Shown here: in pieces, positions 30,401 to 44,216 of the stretch
Numbering within the stretch: position 1 is the first letter of the stretch
How the letters are laid out: every line of letters starts with the position of its first letter
Origin: the human T2T-CHM13v2.0 reference genome, Homo sapiens
Strand: one strand, 5' to 3'
DNA length: 64,000 nucleotides
Assembly: GCF_009914755.1 (NCBI RefSeq)
Contig: NC_060929.1
The notes under the pieces: generated by a model
Databases searched by the model: none
The model's input: the letters and a program-made list of their open reading frames with translations, nothing else
What the model was told of the DNA's origin: nothing
Program-made: the position numbers and the translations under genes

Positions 30401-31714
30401 AATTTCTCAATAATTATTTATTTTAATAAAACAATTATAGTCTCATTTAGCATATAGCACTAACAGATATGGACTCGGTAAATGCATTGTCCTGTTAGCA
30501 CTAGATACCAGAAACCTAATTATCTGATATTTTACAGAATAAGTGACTTCTGCATGGGAAACTTAGGAAAAGAGGTAGTGGGTGTGCAAAAGAAATGTCT
30601 TCTCTAATTTTTTTCAGTCTCAATCTAGTTAGTAATTTCCTTGTTATATTCCAGATAAGCATCTGACAAGAGAAGCCCACACTCCTCCACTGGTTCACCA
30701 AGAGTTTCTAAACCCCTAGTCAGTTACTCCTTTTCAGGGTTGTCGAAAAGGGCACTCTAAATCAATCTTATGTCTGAGCCAAAGAAAAGTCACAGAATGG
30801 ATAATTGGGGTCCTGTCCTCTAATGGGGAAATCCAGAGGCTCTAAGATTTTGCATATCAAAAACACTTTTCTATTTTTTAAAAATTAGAATTTTTACTTT
30901 GTCAATTAAGACATTTTTTAAAAATAGCCATACTGGCCATCAACCATCATCATCATTATGATAGCAGAAAGACATCCTCTCACCCCTAAACAGGGAAAGT
31001 TTGCTAGCTAACAATGTTTGTAATTTAAACATTTTTTTCTATATGACGGGATTTTTAGTTTCAAGTATTATACATCACTAGGAGGGGCATAGTAACATAT
31101 CTGGGGATTTCACAGCCTGGGCTGATGCCTCAATACGCTGCCAGATGGCTCCATCTGAGCCCATCCTGCCCCTGAGGGGTACAGGCATTGCAGTTTACAT
31201 TTCAGACGCTAGGCAAACTACTCACCAGGCCATCAGCTGCAGCTCCCTTTAAAACAGGATTTCTTAGTCATACTTCTGTCTTATCCTGGGTTTCCTAGAA
31301 AACAGAACCTAAGGAAGAGCTTGCATGCTGATGCTTTAGGGGTTGGTGTAATCCCAGAGAAGCAAAAATAAATAAGAAAGGGAAGAAAAACAGGAAAGAA
31401 GTACATTACTGATCTGGCTGCAATTTCACACACAAGAAAACTCAGCTAGTTATTTAGATGTGTAGGATGTCTCCAGAGAGGTTGTCAACAATCCCTGTGT
31501 CTTACAAAATTCTTTGGTGGCAGGGAAGATGGTTGATTTATCTGCTGGTTCCTTCTTTGGTTAAAGGTTGTCTCATGAGATACTGGGGCTTTGCTACCTG
31601 TACCTTCCAGGTAGCCACTAGGAAGCCAGAGTTGCCATGGGTCTGGTAGGTTTGAGTCCTGGAGCTGTTGCAGCACTCACCAAGGTGGGTAATGGAACAC
31701 ATGCTGCACTCTGC

Positions 31715-32120
31715 AAAGGATCAGGGTGTGACCTGATGGACCCTCGCTTCCTGTACATCGCTATGTTCACCAACCAGGAAGCTTCCTGAGCCCATTCTTC
31801 AGAGTTTTTATCTAGGTCTCATTATGTAGGCACAATTGATGAAATCACTGGCCATGTTGTTGAACTCAACCTCCAGCCATCCTCTCACACTTCCAATCTG
31901 TCATTAGTTTTCCTGGAAACTAGCCTTCATCTTGAAGCTATGCAACCCCTTTCCTTACTCCCCCTAAGAGTTATCTCATTAGTATAAACTCTGGTGTGAT
32001 CCTTAGGGGCTCATTATTACTAACAAAGGACCCTCCTATCTCTCAGGAAATTCCAAGGGGGTTTGAAGCTCTATGTCAAATACTAGGAGAAAAGACCAAA
32101 TTCTTTTTCAAATCACAACA
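31715..32120 (-). mobile_element. MER21-family LTR fragment
   Basis: atgttcaccaaccaggaagct...ggaaattccaaggg; homologous to 23520-23930. Confidence 0.65.
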
Positions 32121-34233
32121 CAACTGAGTGAATCTAGGGAGAATATATAAACCATGTCCAGTACGATTGCTAAATGGCTTTCCATGACACCTGCTTCTTC
32201 ACGGTAGTTGCTTACAAATAGAAATCACAAAGTACCTCTAGGTGTATGAAGACAAGTACTCAAAAATTAACAAATTACCCCAGGATGAGACATTTTTGCA
32301 AACGTGTTAATTGTTCACTACACTGTGAACCACTAAATTTTTATTATAGAGGAGCCCAATACTGCTTTTTGAAAAAGATCATTAGATTAAAAATTTTTTC
32401 TAGAAATCATTTTGTAGTCCCTGTTATAGAGCATGATCCTTTTTTGTGTCATTATCAAAATGTATTTCATGCCTTTGGATGGGATTGCAATGCAGTTGAC
32501 ATTTCCTTAGACCTAAAGTTTAAATTACCTGAAGAAAAAGAATAATACTATTAATTTGTTAGTCTAAGTGTAGACTAACAATCTCTGCACTTAAGGGAAG
32601 AAAGGGAGTATAAACAAAATAAATAAATAAAGTAATTTGTATCTAAATATTAAGCCCATATTCCATGGTAATTTAGTCAGTATCTAATAGGCGTCAGCAA
32701 TTTTATTATATGTTATCCTAACAAATACAGTAATTCTGGGAGATAGGAATCTTTATTCTAATTTTATAAGTGACAGAATTGAAGCTCTGAGGTTAAAAAA
32801 TTGATCACGTAGATGCTGCATGGAAAAACAGAATTAAAATCCAGGACAAGCAACTTCAAGGTTGGTCATCTGTTTCTTCTATCTCTGCTGCTTTTTAACA
32901 TGTAAAGTAGCTTTTCAATACTCCAGGAATCTAAAGTTTTGAAGCTCCCTTATGTTTTTTACAGAATCAATAAAATACTCTCAAGAGGAAAATAATCCTC
33001 CCAAAAGCTGTGACTTTTTCAGGAGGCTAAAGAAGTACTCCTTCCCCGAGTTTAGAGCAGAATGGTTCCAAACACCTCTTTCCTTCTGACTTGCACTTGT
33101 TGAACTGTTACCTTTCTTGTTCTCATCAGCATTCATATAGAAACATTTACTAATCTTAGCCATATTCTGGGCTTTGTACCAAATAATTCTCATTAAATCT
33201 TTCTTTTCCAGTTCATTTTGGCCCCTGCCCACATGCTACTTTATGGGAAGATTGAATTGTTTAGGATGTGTTTTGCTCATCAATTAGATGGTATGGTCCT
33301 GGAGAGAATGGACTTATTTTGTTACCAGTGTTAGCCAACAGCTCGCATTTAACTGATGCTTTTTGAATGGAAATTCAGACCATTCAATGAATGCCGGGAA
33401 GCAATGGCCTCATCTGGGAATGATCTGTGTATTGCCGTCTTCCTCACACAGTGAATCTCTTTCATGCCATTTCCTCAACATGAAGATGGAGTCACTTGTC
33501 AATAATGCAAATAACAGGAAGGTGTTTGGTGAAAGAAAGGGTGCAAACAGGGTCACAAGTGAACTCTTTTGACTTGGAATAAGTAGGCAATTTGGGCCTA
33601 CAATAATGGGAAGGTGGTTTGGCACTGGAAACATATTGCTTTCAGCGTAACTGTCCCTCTCACAAGAGAACAGAAGGAACATTGTAATTAATGAGTTCTT
33701 TCGAAGAAAACAAATGTAAAGAATTTATCAGAGCACCTTAATGTTGCTTGTGGCTGCATCTGTGAAAAACAAGGAACAGGTTTTTCTCCTGGCACTTGTC
33801 AGGGGTTAGTTGCTTTCAGCTTCTTTTTGACTTTCTCTACAACAATGTTGATCATAACCATTTTGGTTCTTGAGTGTGCACACTATCTAAAAGCAATCTC
33901 TAACTCTTACAAGGCTCTTATTACCCAAAATGGTTATATGTAAGGTGAAAGCTGCTCCCAGGGTAATTTTAATTGGGGTGTCCAGCTTAGAATTGCCTAG
34001 CACTAATGTGGAAGTGGGGAGCATAGTGTGGAATAGATGCAATGGCTGCAAGGTCAAGGCTTTTGGGCTGAACACACAGGAAGACACCTGGCAAGGCAAA
34101 GGATGGTTTCAACATCTCCATGGAAACAGAGCTCAGGTCCACTTGGTCTACACATCACCTTTGAAAAGCAAAGATAACAAAGCAAGGCCAGTGATTTTTC
34201 TCAGTAAATATGAGAATTCAAAAATCTGTTTGA

Positions 34234-35444
34234 GGGAGCCAAGCCAATTCAATGAGGAAAGAATAATCTTTTTAACAAATGGTGCTGGGACAACTAGATA
34301 TCTACATGCAACAGAACAAAGCTAGGTTTCTCCTCAGAACAAACATAAGAATAAAAATGTAGGAGTAAATCTTTAGGACCCTGGATTAGAAAAAGCCTTC
34401 TCAAATATGACATCCAAAGCACAAGAAACAAAAGAAAAGAGAGATAAACTGTACTTCATGAAAATAAAATAATTTTGCTTCAAAGGAAACCACCAAGAAA
34501 GTGAACAAGCAACCCAAAGAATGGGAGAAAATATTTGCTATTACAGCTCAATAATAAAAAGTCAAGTAACCCAATTTTAAAATGCACAAAGGATCTGAAG
34601 AGATATTTTTTCCAAAGAAGATGTACAAATGGCCAATAAGCACATAAAAAGATGCTCAACATCATTAGCCATCAGGAAAATACAAATCAAAACCACAGTA
34701 AGAAACCACTTCGCCTGCACTAGGATGGCTATAATCAGACAGATAGATGATAAGTGTTGGTGAAGATCTGGAGAAATTAGAACTGTCATCTCTTGCTGGT
34801 GGGAATGTAAGCTGAGCAGCTGCTTTGGAAACATTGTGGCCGATCCTCAAATAATTAAATATAGAATTTCCTTAAAACCCAGAAATTGTTCCTGTATGTA
34901 TACCCAAGAGAAATGAAAACATACAACCACCCAAAAATGTGTACACAAATGTTCATAGTAGCATTGTTTATAGTAGGCAAAAAGTGGAAATAACCCAAAT
35001 GTTCATCAATGAATGAATGGATAAATAAAAGATTATATATCCTACAATGGAATATTATTCAGCAAGAAAAAGAAATGAAGTATTGACACATGCTACATGT
35101 GTCAATGTATCTAGATGAATCTAGAAAATATGCAAGTGAAAGAAACCAGTCCAAAAAGACCACATATTATATGACTCAATTTATTTGAAATATCCATAAA
35201 GGTAAATCTGTAGAGACAAAAAGTAGATTAGTCGTTGCCTAGGGCTGAGCAAGAGGGGTAGAGAGACTATAGGGAGTAACTGCTAAAGGATATGAGGGTG
35301 AAGGGGTGATGAAAATATTCTAGATTCTGGTAATAATGTAATTGTGGTAAGGGTTGCACTATTCTGTGAATGTACTAAAAAACGTGCTGCACACATCAAA
35401 TGAGTCAATTGTATGTTATGCAAATTATATCTCAAGTGCTACTT
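34234..35444 (+). mobile_element. 5'-truncated old LINE-1 (L1MB-like)
   Basis: ORF2 3' end plus L1MB-type UTR; perfect 14-bp TSD AAAAATCTGTTTGA at 34220-34233 and 35445-35458. Confidence 0.85.
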
Positions 35445-38052
35445 AAAAATCTGTTTGAACTCACTAGAATAATTCATAGCATAACTAAACAACCAGCTTT
35501 AACAGGAAGGTTTATTTATATATTTTATTTTGCCAGAAATTGTTTTTAAAAAGTTATTGAATATAATTTTCTTAACCTAATTTAATAATATTCAACCTAA
35601 ATAATGCTTCAAATAACCATATTATTAAAAAGTCAAGATAGAAGTAAATGTATTTGATTTGATAATTTATTATGTTTGTACAGATTAATATGCATTTATT
35701 AACATATTTAATTCTTCTTGAATATTAACTTCAAATATTGGTTTATCAGTATTATTTATTACTTCATTAAATATTGAAATATTTCAGATGAAATTAATAA
35801 AATATAATATGTACTATATGTTTTAATATAGGAATATATTTTCTAAAAATATACATATTTATAAACATAAAAATATAAATGCATTTTAATAAGCATATTA
35901 AAATGTGTATATTCTAATAATGTCTTACTGACAATAACTTATCTCATGGATTTTTAAATACACTATTACTACATTTAGTAATAGCAGAAGACATAGAATG
36001 CTTATTTGAAGGCAAAAATATTCTCATGTGAATATTTTGTGCTGTAAAATAAAAAATACAATTTCTAGAAGCAATGAAACTTTAAAAAATTATTTATTGT
36101 TTTGGTCATTGTTTTCTATTTGTGTTATCTTAAGAATGCAGATATTGGTATGGAGATTTTCACAAGGCTCTGTCCATCTACACAAAAGGCTTAGCTGGAA
36201 CCCTCTTATTGCCTTAAAAGCCTTATAATGGCAAGAACTGTGTTTGTCACACATTTATTTTACATATGAACCCTGGTGTAGTCACATAATAGATGTTTAA
36301 ATTTTTTTTAAATTAATTCAATTTCTCAGCTCAAATCCTTGAACTATACTCATAATAGCTGGTAAAATTGTAAAATTAAGCAGACTTTATGGAAAGCAAT
36401 CAAAATGCATATGGTAAAAGCTCTTAAAATATTTTAAGAAGATAAACAAAAAATGTATGTTCAAGAAAATTCCTAGCAGCATTATCTTCTAATAGTTAAA
36501 AACACCTGGAAATTCACTAAATGGGTCATTAATAAAGAATTGGCTAAAGTATAGAACATCCATATAATGGAATATTATACAGTTGCTAAAAGTCATGTTT
36601 GTAAATAATTTAATTTTTTTAAAAATACGACTTCTTGTAAAGAAATGAAGGCTAAAAAATTACATAAACAGTACAAACTCAATTATAAAATATATACAGA
36701 TAGAAATGTAAAAAGAAAACAGTAGAAGAAATTAAATAAACATGCTACTAAATTTATTGTGGTACTAGTGTAAAAATAAGCAGGCAGATACATATAGAAC
36801 AGAATAGAGAGTCTGCAGGTAGATATTTGTATATTTAAAAAATTAATATGTGGGAACACTAACATCTAAAATTGGTGATTGGAAGCATAAGTCAGTTCAT
36901 AAATAGTATTAGAAAAATAGTTATCTAACTATGAATAAAATTCAAGTTAAATCCCCACCTCATACCCTATACCATATAAATTCCAACCATATTAAACATT
37001 AAAAGGCTAAAAATGTTATTTAAGGACATGAGAAATAAGGAGTATACAATTTGAGCTTGAAGGACTTTCTGAGCATAACTCCCAGCAGAAGCCATAAAAG
37101 GAGAGATCGATAGACTTGACTACATTTAAACATTTAAAATGTATGTCTCTGTGAAATAAACACAATTTTTAAAATAGCAAACTACAAAAAATAATTTTGA
37201 ATTATAACTGTCAAAGTTTAATATATTATTAAGAATACTATAAAAATCTTAAGAGAAAAATGTTACAAGAACATACAGAAAGTGATTAACAGAAAAACAA
37301 ACAAACAACAAACAAAAACCTCCAACAGACAAAACAACAAAGATTTAAAACTTTCAGCTCTAACCATGATAGGGTAGATGAGTATCAAATCACCCTCCAG
37401 TTATGAAGAATTATAAAACTGAATAAATATATATTAATTACTGTTTTCAGTCATTAGATATCATATGGCATAGAGCTGTAATACTTGATAGAAGGGAAAC
37501 ACCTGGGAGTCTTGCCTGAAGGTTCTTTCCTAACAAGGAAGGGCAATCACCCAAACCCAGAGCAAAGATCTCATTAAGATTCAGATCATCATTCGGGAAA
37601 AAACAGAGATCAAATTTTGAAACAGCCAAGGTGCCTGCAACTTCCGGGGCAAGATATTGGAGGTGAGAGAGTTATACAGAGAACAATCTGACCATAAGAG
37701 TAACTTTGAGTTTTTAGATGAATACTAATGCACTGGTTGAGATGCCATGAGTCCTGAAAAAGAAGCTACAGGTTGTGAGTTAAGCACAGACTTTGGAGGT
37801 TATACTCATTGGAAAAAATTGGAATTTTAAACAGCTAGGGTAGAGTCATTTCACTAAATTATCTGGCCATTCAGTTGCATTCTCAATAAAATCATGCCTT
37901 AGCAGTATGATTGTAGAAGCTTAGAAGGTTACTCTAACTGCAAAGTAAATGCTATTCTACACTCAGCCTAATAAAGCCTAAAAAATATACCTTCACAGGA
38001 TAAAACTGATCTGCCAATAAACTAGCTGGCTTACAGAAAGATGCTCAATAGT

Positions 38053-38411
38053 TGATATGGTTTGGCTGTGTCTCCATGCAAATCTCACCTTGAATTGTAA
38101 TAATCCCCACGTGTCAAGGGCAGGGTCAGGCTGAGACAATTGAATCATGGGAGGAGTTTCCCCATACTGTTCTCGTGGTAGTGAATAAGTGTGATGAGAT
38201 CTGATGGTTTTATAAATGGGAGTTTCCCTGTACAACCTCCCTCTTTGCCTGCCGCCATGTAAGATGTCCCTTTGTTCTTCCTGCATCTTCTGCCATGATT
38301 ATTGAGGGCTCCCCAGCCATGTGGAACTATGAGTTCATTAAATCTCTTTCCTTTATAAATTACCCAGTCTTGGGTATGTCTTCATTAGCAGCATGAGAAC
38401 AGACTAATACA
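38053..38411 (+). mobile_element. THE1 (THE1C-like) solo LTR
   Basis: tgatatggtttggctgtgtc ... gagaacagactaataca; flanks atagt/atatt. Confidence 0.92.
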
Positions 38412-39271
38412 ATATTCTAGAGAACAACAACCAAAATCTAGACTCAACAGTAATATCCACAATGTGCAAGCATGCAATCAAAACTGTTACTAAATAAGAA
38501 GAAAAGAAGGAAAAATGTGACCATAATGAGAAGAAAATGATCAATAGAAACACTCAGATACAGCACAGACGTTAAGACAGCTATTATGAATGTAAAGTAT
38601 GCAGATGGAAAATCTCTGCAAAAGAAAAAATAAAACAAACTATAAAAAAGAGCTAGATGAACATTGTAATTCTGAAAGATAAAATAACTGAAAAGAAAAA
38701 TGCCCTGGATGGGTATAACAGCAGATTGAACCCTGCTGAAGAAAAGATGAGTGAACTTGAAGGTGGGGCAATGAGAGCTATCCAAATAAAAGTACAGAAA
38801 ATAAAAATAAACAAAACTTCGGTGACCTGTAGTACAATGAGCTACATACCTATAATTAGAATCCCATAAGAAGAGAAGGGAAAAACTGGGGAAGAAAAAA
38901 TACTGGAAAATATCACAGGCAAATTCTTCACAAATATAATGAAGACTATAAACCTTCATATCTAAATAGTTCAGTGAACCCCCACGGATAATGGACCCAA
39001 TGAAAACTGCACCTAGACATATCATAGTCAAATTGCTAAGAATAAAAATAAGGAGAAAAATATTAAAAGCAGCCAAAGTAGGAAAAATCATGAAATATAT
39101 TAAATATAATTTTACATATAGGTGCACAACAATAATGATTACTAATTTCTCTCAGAAGTAAGGCAAACCAGAATATAAAATCCCATCTTCAAAACCCTGA
39201 AAGGGAAAAGTTCAATATTAAGTTAAAAAATATTTTACAAGATTGAAAGAAAATAAAGACACTTTAAATCA

Positions 39272-39577
<306 letters not shown>

Positions 39578-39982
39578 TTAAAATAATTCAGATAAAATTC
39601 AAGAGAGTTTCTTAAAAGCAGAATTACTCTACAGGAAATGATAAAGAAAGATCTTCAAGCTCATAGAAAATGACAGCAGTAAAATACTCAGATATATGTA
39701 GAAAGAAACAAATTGCACATAAATGGTATATGTAAATATAGAAGACTTAAACTTTAAAAAATTCTTCAAAAGACAATTGACTGTTTAAAGCAAACAAAAA
39801 ATGTATAGCAGGGCCTATAATCTATGAAGAATAAAAATATAAACAGCAATAAGACTAAAAATAAGTAAAAATAAACCAAAGAATAGTGTTGCAAAGTTCT
39901 TATACTATAAGGGAAATGGTATAATATTAATTCAAATTACACTGTGAATAGTTAAAGATGCATTTTGCAATTCCTAGAGCAA

Positions 39983-39983
<1 letters not shown>

Positions 39984-40011
<28 letters not shown>
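39984..40011. repeat. (CA)n microsatellite
   Basis: Direct reading. Confidence 0.9.
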
Positions 40012-40015
<4 letters not shown>

Positions 40016-41944
40016 AGTGTAATAAAAGAGACAACAGAGGAAACAAAATGGAATAATAAAAAATAATTGATAAGAGGGAAGGAGACGGGGAATGAATTAA
40101 AAAGACAGACTGGACAAATAACAAATAAATAGCAAAATGATATTAATTACTGTTACTTAAATACAATCATATCAATGATTTTGTAAATGGATAAAGGTTT
40201 TCAGTTAGAAGGGAGAGATTTTGAGGCTGAATAAATTCTGTCTATATAGTGTTTATAACAGGCGTACTTTAATTACAAAGATATAGATTAAAAGTAAAAG
40301 ATTTGAAAAAATATACCATGCAAACACAAATCATAAGAAAACTGGAGTGCTACATTAATATCAGCTAATACATACTTCAAGACAAAGGTTACTTTTTAGA
40401 AACAAAGATAGAGGCTAAGAAGACATCAAAATCCTGAATGTGGCTGCACCTAATAACAAAGCTTCAAAATATATTAAAAAACTGACAGAGCTAAAGGGAG
40501 AAATAGGCTCATCCACAACATTCACTGGAGATATTTAACGCTACTTTGTCAGTAATTGCTAGAACAAGTAGACAAAACACAAACAAACAAAAAACACCAT
40601 AATAGTATTTGAATAACACTGCTAAAAAAATTGACCTAACTAATACCTATAGACCACTAATAACTGCATAATACACATTTTTTATGAACTTGTTTCTTTC
40701 CATGAACATTTATTTTTTTAAAATGTTCATGTAATATTCACAGATTGACCAAATTCATAATAATAAAATAATACCCAATAAATGGCAAAGGATTGAAGTC
40801 ATACAGAGTATGTGTCTTATCCCAATATAATTAAATTGGAAATCCATATAAAAAGTCTGAATAATCTCCAAATACATGCAAATTAAACAACATACTTATA
40901 ATCTTGGGTCAAAACAAAATCTCAAGGGAAATGCAAAAATATGTTAAAATAAATAATAATGAAAACATAACTTCTCAAAATGAATGGGTTGTAACTAACA
41001 AATTGATTACATAAAAATTCATATCAAAATGCATATATTAGAAAAGAAGATTTAAAATCAACCATCTCAGCTTTCATGTTAACAAGGAAGAAAAAGACAA
41101 GCAAATTGAAGCATAAGTAAGAGTGAACTAATAAAGTAGTAAGTAATACTAAGTACTAATAATAAAGTAGTAAGTAGTAAGAGAAGAAACAACATGGAAA
41201 ATAAAGAAAATAAAACAAAAATTGACTGTTTAAAAAGATTAATAAAATTGACAAGCGCTAGATAGCAGAGAGAGAGACAGAAAAAGAGATAAAGAGAGGA
41301 ATGAAAAAGATCATTGCCACTTGTCATCCATAAATTAAAAAGATAGTTAAGAGGTTATAGAAAAGTTATGCCACTAAATTTGCAATTTTAGATAAAAAAT
41401 AAATTTCATTGAAAAAAACACGTCCCAAAACAGACACAATAAAATATGCAAGGAGAAATAAGAAATCTAAATACCCTATATCTGTTACAGCAATTGAATT
41501 TGTAAGACAAAAAAACTTCACAAATAAGACTTCACACCGGGCTGGCTTCCATGATGAATTGTAAACATCTGTTTTTTAAAGAAATGATATAATTTTACAT
41601 ATACCCTCTTCAGAAAATTGTGAAGGGAATAGCTCCCAACTTATGTAATGAGGTCGGCATAACACTGATATTGAAACCAGACAAATATATTTCAAGAAAT
41701 GTGAACATACAGATGTAAGAATCCACAACAATATAGTAGCAAATTGAGTCTTGCAATGTATAACAAAAATAATGCATTAAGACTAAGAAGGATTTCTCTC
41801 AGCAATATAAATTTGATCTAACATGTAAAATTCAATCAGTTATTTAACATATTAAAAGAAAAATAAAATTTGATCATCTTCATAACTCTAAATTCACTAC
41901 CCATTTATGATTTCTTTTCGAGTAAGCAAACTAGAAAAAGAAAG

Positions 41945-42316
41945 TGTATTAGTCCATTCTCACACTGCTATAAAGAACTGCCCAAGACTGGGTAATTTAT
42001 GAAGGAAAGAAGTTTAATTGACTCAGTATTGCAGGGCTGGAGAGGCCTCAGAAAACTTACAATCATGGCAGAAGGGGAAGAAAACACGTTCTTCTTCACA
42101 TGGCAGCAGGAGAGAGAAATGAGTGCCCAGCAAAGGAGGAAGCCCCTTATAAAACCATCAAATCTCATGAGAACTAATTCACTATCGCAAGAACAAGAAG
42201 GGGGAAACCACCCTGTGATTCAATTATCACCACCTGGTCCTTCCCACAACATGTGGAGATTATGGGAACTACAATTCAAGATGAGATTTGGGTGGGGACA
42301 CAGCCAAACCATATCA
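41945..42316 (-). mobile_element. THE1 (C/D-like) solo LTR
   Basis: tgtattagtccattctcacactgct ... cagccaaaccatatca. Confidence 0.92.
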
Positions 42317-43195
42317 GAAGAGTAACTTCAAAAGCCAATAAAGGGGTCTACAATAAATGTTATAGCTAACATCACATTTATTCATAAATAACTAAAGATT
42401 GTTTTCTCTAAGATTGGGAATAAGATAGGAATAAAGTCTTCACTATTTCTACTCACAATTGCACTGAAGATTCTGAAGTCCATAAAACAAGAAAAACAAA
42501 CTGCATTAGTAAGAAGAAGTAAAACTTTTTACTCATAGGCAATATGCTTGTACAGGTAAAAAATCTTAAGGATTATACAAAAGAAAACAAAGTTTGCTAG
42601 AACTAAGAAGTGAGTCTAGTATTTATATGGGTTATAAGGCCAATATACAAAAATAAAATGTATTTTATAAACGAGGAACAAGTGACAATAAAATAAGTAA
42701 TTTCATTTTAAAAACCTAAATACACAGGAAAAAATGAAAAAGCATAGGAACTGACATAGTGTGGTAACTAAAAATATTACTGAGAGAATTTAAAGACTTA
42801 ATTAAATAGAGGAATAAAGTATATTCATGCACTGGAAGACTCAAGACTGTTTAGATGGTAATTCATGTCTAACTCATCTATATTTCAAAAAGTCCCCAAT
42901 CAAAATTTCAGCAAACTTTTTGTTTTTCTAGAAACTGGCTAATTGCAAGCTCATGCTGGAAAGTTGAAAGATCTAGAATAGTCAAAATAATATTGAAAAA
43001 AAAAGAAACAAGTTGGATGACTTTTTCTATCTGATTAAGTCAGGCAGGTCTTTATATTAAGTTAGGTCTTTAAGATTTAATGTAAAGCTACAGAAATTAA
43101 GACAGTGTGGTAATGGTGAAAGTAGACGGTAAATGATAAAGTAGAAATAAATCATTGCAACAGTAGGCAGAGTCCCAAAATGGACCCACCCATGT

Positions 43196-43320
43196 ATGTT
43201 AAGGTAGCCATCCTTTAAGACGGCCTCTAATGATCCCCACCCCCTGTATTCACAACTGTCTGTAGTCCCTTCTCACACCACATAAAGATTGGTTCATGTG
43301 ATTAATGGAATATGGCATAC
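43196..43320 (+). mobile_element. MLT1-type LTR 5' fragment, truncated
   Basis: taagacggcctctaatgatccccacc...tattcac...aatggaatatggca. Confidence 0.55.
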
Positions 43321-43961
43321 TTTGTCTGCCATGTCAACTTCTGTTTAAACCATTTAGTGATTTTTTAAAGTTCGTGTACATTTTAGCTTAGAATATCACT
43401 TGTCACTTGTTTTCCTTCCATAGCTTCTGTTTACTATTTACTGTTTCCCTTTAATTCTTTGAACATATCCTAATAGCTGCTTTGAAGTTTTTGTCTGCTA
43501 AATTCATTACCTGGACTCACTCAGAGTCAGTTTCTACTGATTTCTATTTTTCTCCCTGGAGAATGGACCACCCCGTCATGTTTCTTCATATATCTGGTAA
43601 TTTTTTGTATTGAAAATTGGACTTGGTGGATAATAAATGTAAAATTATACAATCTATTTTGTTATTGTGAGGTTTGACTTTTTTTTATTTTAGTAAGTAA
43701 TAAACTTTCCCTAAACTGCAAAATCTGTCTCCCCTGTAATATGTAGACACTAATGATTCTGCTTAATACTTGGGGGGTGGTGTGTGGGGGCATTTGAGTT
43801 CAATAAAGATCTTCCCAGCAACTGTATTGCTCGGCAGTCAGCCAATTATTTGGGCAGAGGCTATGTTCAGACACATCAAGCCTGTGAGGCCCTACCTTCT
43901 GCTGCCTGAACTGTGTGTGGGTTGTGAATTACAACTATCTAAATTGTGTGTGGGTTGAGGA
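43320..43961 (-). mobile_element. Old L1M 5' region fragment
   Basis: taatagctgctttgaagtttttgtctgctaaattc...tcagagtcagtttctactgat; similar to 29280-29780. Confidence 0.55.
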
Positions 43962-44216
43962 ATGCCGCAAATAGAAAAGTTTTCTGCAAATGTACCCCAT
44001 TCCCCTGTGCGAGAATTGCTTGAAATGGAACCAGAAACTACCAAATTTAGCCCGGCTGTGAGAACTTACAAAGGGAAGGTCAGAGTCACCATAGAAGTAG
44101 CAGGACAGGAGAAATTTAAAGGTGTTGGTCGAAGTAACAGGATTGCCAAATCTGCAGCAGCAAGAAGAGCCCTCCGAAGCCTCAAAGCTAATCAACCTCA
44201 GGTTCCCAACAGCTGA
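43962..44216 (+). CDS. Open 84-aa frame in the retrocopy: isolated Dicer dsRBD (coding status doubtful)
   Basis: ATG at the junction, no stop or frameshift, native stop codon; 9 aa differences from the recalled human DICER1 sequence. Confidence 0.25.

Noticed and set aside
35460-36050. Very AT-rich block
   Set aside because: No periodicity, TSD or coding signal found
38444-39127. 227-aa hydrophobic minus-strand ORF resembling a membrane protein
   Set aside because: It is the antisense of an A-rich L1 ORF1 remnant
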